A stretch of 63,335 nucleotides of DNA, the filler included, from Octopus bimaculoides (Eukaryota), in the NCBI RefSeq assembly GCF_001194135.2. It is 8 parts of 7 records of this genome, joined end to end, with 100 filler letters (N's around TTAATTAATTAA, not from the genome) between each part and the next. Parts side by side here need not be neighbours in the genome. Positions count along the whole stretch, not along the records: positions 58,302 to 61,632 come from NC_068989.1; positions 61,733 to 63,335 come from NC_069003.1; 6 more parts are not named here. The stretch is one strand, 5' to 3'. Made by a program: the position numbers and the translations under genes. Each line of letters begins with the position of its first letter. The stretch's first letter is position 1. Shown in pieces: positions 59,896-63,335 of the stretch. The notes beneath the pieces were generated by a model. It made no database searches and had not been told where the DNA came from. It saw only the letters and a program-made list of their open reading frames with translations.

Positions 59896-60734
59896 TTATC
59901 AATAGACATGAAGATTAATTAGCTAGAGCATATTTCGTCAAAAGTATTGATCTAGCTTGATCTGCTAATAATGATAATAAATCAACAATTTAGACATACT
60001 TTTCCACTAATGTCCACATATTTATGCATAAGCACACATATTTATACATCATATGCATAGACGTATGTACACATACGCATGGCGAAGCTCTCGGTCCTCG
60101 AGTAATTTTATAGCTTTCACAGATTAAAATTATAAGAGCGTACGTGTGTGTGACTGTGTCTGTGTAAGTGTGTGTTTGTTATATACGTGTTTGTATAAAC
60201 GTACTTGTATAGACAATTACTAACGTGTGTGTGTTTGTGTGTATGTATGAATAAAATCAACGGTTATTCCCGAGCAATAGGCACGTAAAGCCGGTGTCTC
60301 GGCATTATGTACCGGGGACCACGAGATTATGTGGACTATAAATCTCCCTCTCCGCGATGGGATGCCGGGTTTTGCAAACTTACATTTGTCAGCTTACTAA
60401 ACTAAAGTGAAGTGGTCTATTTTGTTCCAGAACACAACACACCTCAGTATCCAGGAGTTACAACCATAATCATATGGTCATGAAATCAACATCATTAATA
60501 AGAAAATTCGAACCTTCAAGTACAGACTCACAGACCTACGTATGTCTATAAATTTCGGTTTGCTCCCCGTTAATAACCTGATAAATGAGAGCACCCGGAA
60601 AGCCACGCCTAATATGTGTTCCAGTTAAAAGCTAAAAAGTGAAAAATATTTCTTCAATTCAGTATTTAATAGACTAATAGATAACTTGGCCATAAATCGA
60701 GTATCATCGATATATTTATATATATATAAATACG

Positions 60735-60910
60735 TGTCTGTGTGGTAAATAGCTTGATTACCAACCACATGGTCCTGGATTCCATCCAACAGCGTGGCAC
60801 TTCGATAAGTTTCTTCTACTATAGGGAACTTTGAACTCAGTTCGAAAAGATGGACGAAATGCCGCTAAGCAATTGACCCGATGCAGTAATAATTCTGCAA
60901 GATCACCATT
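60735..60910. mobile_element. CORE-SINE head (+, 60735-60823) fused tail-to-tail with a family A head (-, 60826-60910)
   Basis: GTGGTAAATAGCTTGATTACCAACCACATGGTCC...; then TTTGAACTCAG...GACGAAATGCCGCTAAGCA. Confidence 0.7.
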
Positions 60911-61462
60911 TTATATTCTGACTCTCACCTCTCTCTCCCCCTCTCTCTCTCACTCTCTCTCTCATTCTCTCGCCCACATGCACATGCACACACGCATTGC
61001 TCAAACAATCAGAAATAGAGAGACAGACTGAGCGATATAGTTATGGATTGCTATATAAAGAATATAAAGAAATTCAAACAAATATTGTGCGCGAGAGACA
61101 CATAATCTATATCCCTACTTATAATATTTATACATACAGCTTCCGAGACTAAGATGGCAAATAGCTTCATCCATAGGATACTTCCTGAGAACCATTGGAC
61201 AACGAGCACGAATCGTCAGCCTAAAAAGAAAAAAATGATTGAAATATAGTATATATTGTTTATACATTAGAAACGTAATTTGTGTATCACAATTTAATTA
61301 ACAGGAATATGTGCGAACATATGTTTGTAAGCCAGTAATACAGAAACATATTGCATGCGGTATCTATTGATATTTCCCTTTTTGTATTTTAGGTATGTTA
61401 TATATTGTTTAGAGTTGATTTATTTTATGTATTTAATAATTTTCGTAGTCCGTATCTTCTAT

Positions 61463-61540
<78 letters not shown>

Positions 61541-62542
61541 GACCAATGCAAATTAATCAATGTAGTTTCCATCTCATTTTCAGTTTGTTTTTTTTTTAGA
61601 ACTAGAATTAGAGAATAATTTTGTGAAATTATNNNNNNNNNNNNNNNNNNNNNNNNNNNNNNNNNNNNNNNNNNNNTTAATTAATTAANNNNNNNNNNNN
61701 NNNNNNNNNNNNNNNNNNNNNNNNNNNNNNNNGGTGGTGGTGGTGGTGGCGCTGGTGGCAGTGGTGTGCCGTGTTCCTTCCACATCTCGCCTCTGTTTTA
61801 AAAGTAGTAAATCTATTTGCAGTGTTTTAAAAACAGGCGCAGAACAAACACCGATGTTTATGTAATTTTGTCTGTATTAACGTGTGTGTGTTTGTGTATG
61901 TTTGTGAGTTTAGATAGGTGTATATGTATGTATATACTCATACATATATATACATATATACATATGCATATGTATATGCATATAATGCATACATGTATGT
62001 ATATATTTACGTATGTATATTACATATGTATAAGCATATATACTTATGTGTCATACACACGTATGTGTACATATATACATATGTATTCACATGCACACAC
62101 ATGTATATGCAAATATACCTCAATATATATATATATATATATGTAAAACCCTTATTATAAATATATATATACACACATATATATATAGATATATATATAT
62201 ATGTGTGTATGTGTGTGTATACACACATGTATATATGGGCGATCTGTTGACAAACTTGTGGTCTATTTCGTTCCTCAGAAGCATAGAAACATCAGAGTGT
62301 AGAAGTGGATTTATATAAAGGAATTAAGAGCGGGAAAGGGCTAGGAAAAGAGGCGTAGCAAATTATAGTGTGAGAGAGAGAGAGAGAGAGAGAGAGGATA
62401 GACAGACAGGTGTGTGCGCGCGTGCGTGCGTAGATTTGTTTGTGTGTGTAGATGTTTTCTAAATCGGCAAACCGAAATCAGATAAGTAATTTTCAATTGT
62501 GAAATTCTAAAAGTAGAGCAAAGAAAATAAAAAGAAAACTGG

Positions 62543-62868
62543 CTCTCTGTCGGTTAAGACGACGAGCGTTCCAGTTACTCCGGATCAACAGAGCAGCCAA
62601 CTCGTGAAATTGAGATGCTAGTGGCTGAGCACTCCACAGACACGCGTATCCTTAACATAGTTCTCAGGGAGGTTCAGTGTGACTCAGAATGTGACAAGGT
62701 TGGCCCCTTTGAAATACAGCTACTGCTCATTTTTGCCAGCTGAATGAACTGTAGGTACGTGGAATGAAGTGTCTTGCTTAAGAATACAACGTGTCACCGC
62801 CAGTTGTAGAACCCACGACGTTAGGATCATGAACCGAATGCCTTAACCACAAGGCCACGCGACTTCAC
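62543..62868 (-). mobile_element. tRNA-derived SINE family C, full length
   Basis: Matches 5729-6030; the head reads GTGAAGTCGCGTGGCCTTGTGGTTAAGGCATTCGG on the minus strand. Confidence 0.88.
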
Positions 62869-63118
62869 GGAAGCTAGAAATAAAAATGGAAGTTGAAGTA
62901 TCAGACCCGGGACTCACTTCGTTTCAAATTGAATCCTTGGAAATTCTTCGCTTCTTCAGGTTAAAGAAACTGAAGTGTTTTGTAAATGTTATTTAATAAT
63001 TGCTTAAGGAATCATAATACATATTGATATATAGTCAATACATACCGGTGTGAACTTAAAAACTTATGTATGCGTACATACATATGAAAATATGCCTGTA
63101 TGAAATTTTGACTCGGTG

Positions 63119-63184
63119 AATCTAGCCGAAGAGAACTAATCAAAAAATTATTAGGACAGCGCTTTTGCGAAACGATCGTAAGAT
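63119..63184 (+). ncRNA. Degenerate hammerhead relic of the 47541 family
   Basis: AATCT-AG-CCGAAGA-G...C-GAAA-C-GATC-GTA-AGAT; upstream TGTATGAAA...GTGAATCT as at 47523-47545. Confidence 0.45.
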
Positions 63185-63335
63185 GCTTTAAAACTTAATT
63201 CAAAATTTTTAAACTGACATATTTATTATTATTATATTATATATTTATACTTATGCATATTTACATATATTTTTACAATATCTGTGTATCGCGATTTCTG
63301 GGTTATTTCCCTCCATCAGCACAGAATAATATTAT

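Noticed and set aside
62913-62962. Minus-strand CTGAAGA...GAAACGAAG hammerhead-like motif
   Set aside because: No GUH cleavage triplet, and stems I and II are weak.

Overview
AT-rich, microsatellite-saturated animal DNA from a gapped draft scaffold. It has many N runs, and seven TTAATTAATTAA linkers between N blocks are assembly artefacts. The repeat repertoire points to an octopus/coleoid cephalopod genome (inference, not verified). No complete host gene can be supported; there are only a few isolated exon-like islands, including a clean 24-nt microexon candidate at 43171-43194. Nearly all interpretable sequence is decayed mobile DNA. This includes at least four tRNA-derived SINE families; RTE, Dong/R4 and Penelope-like retroelement fragments; two Ty3/Gypsy relics (Mag-like gag+LTR; CsRN1-like gag-pol); two copies of a DD36E (Incomer-type) Tc1; a fold-back DD41D (rosa/Visitor-type) mariner derivative; a HINE-like element; small hairpin MITEs; and tandem arrays. 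The most striking non-coding signal is a set of type I hammerhead-ribozyme motifs. One has an intact core (47541-47669), an unusually long rod-like stem II and a palindromic stem III, and several degenerate relatives lie elsewhere in the window.
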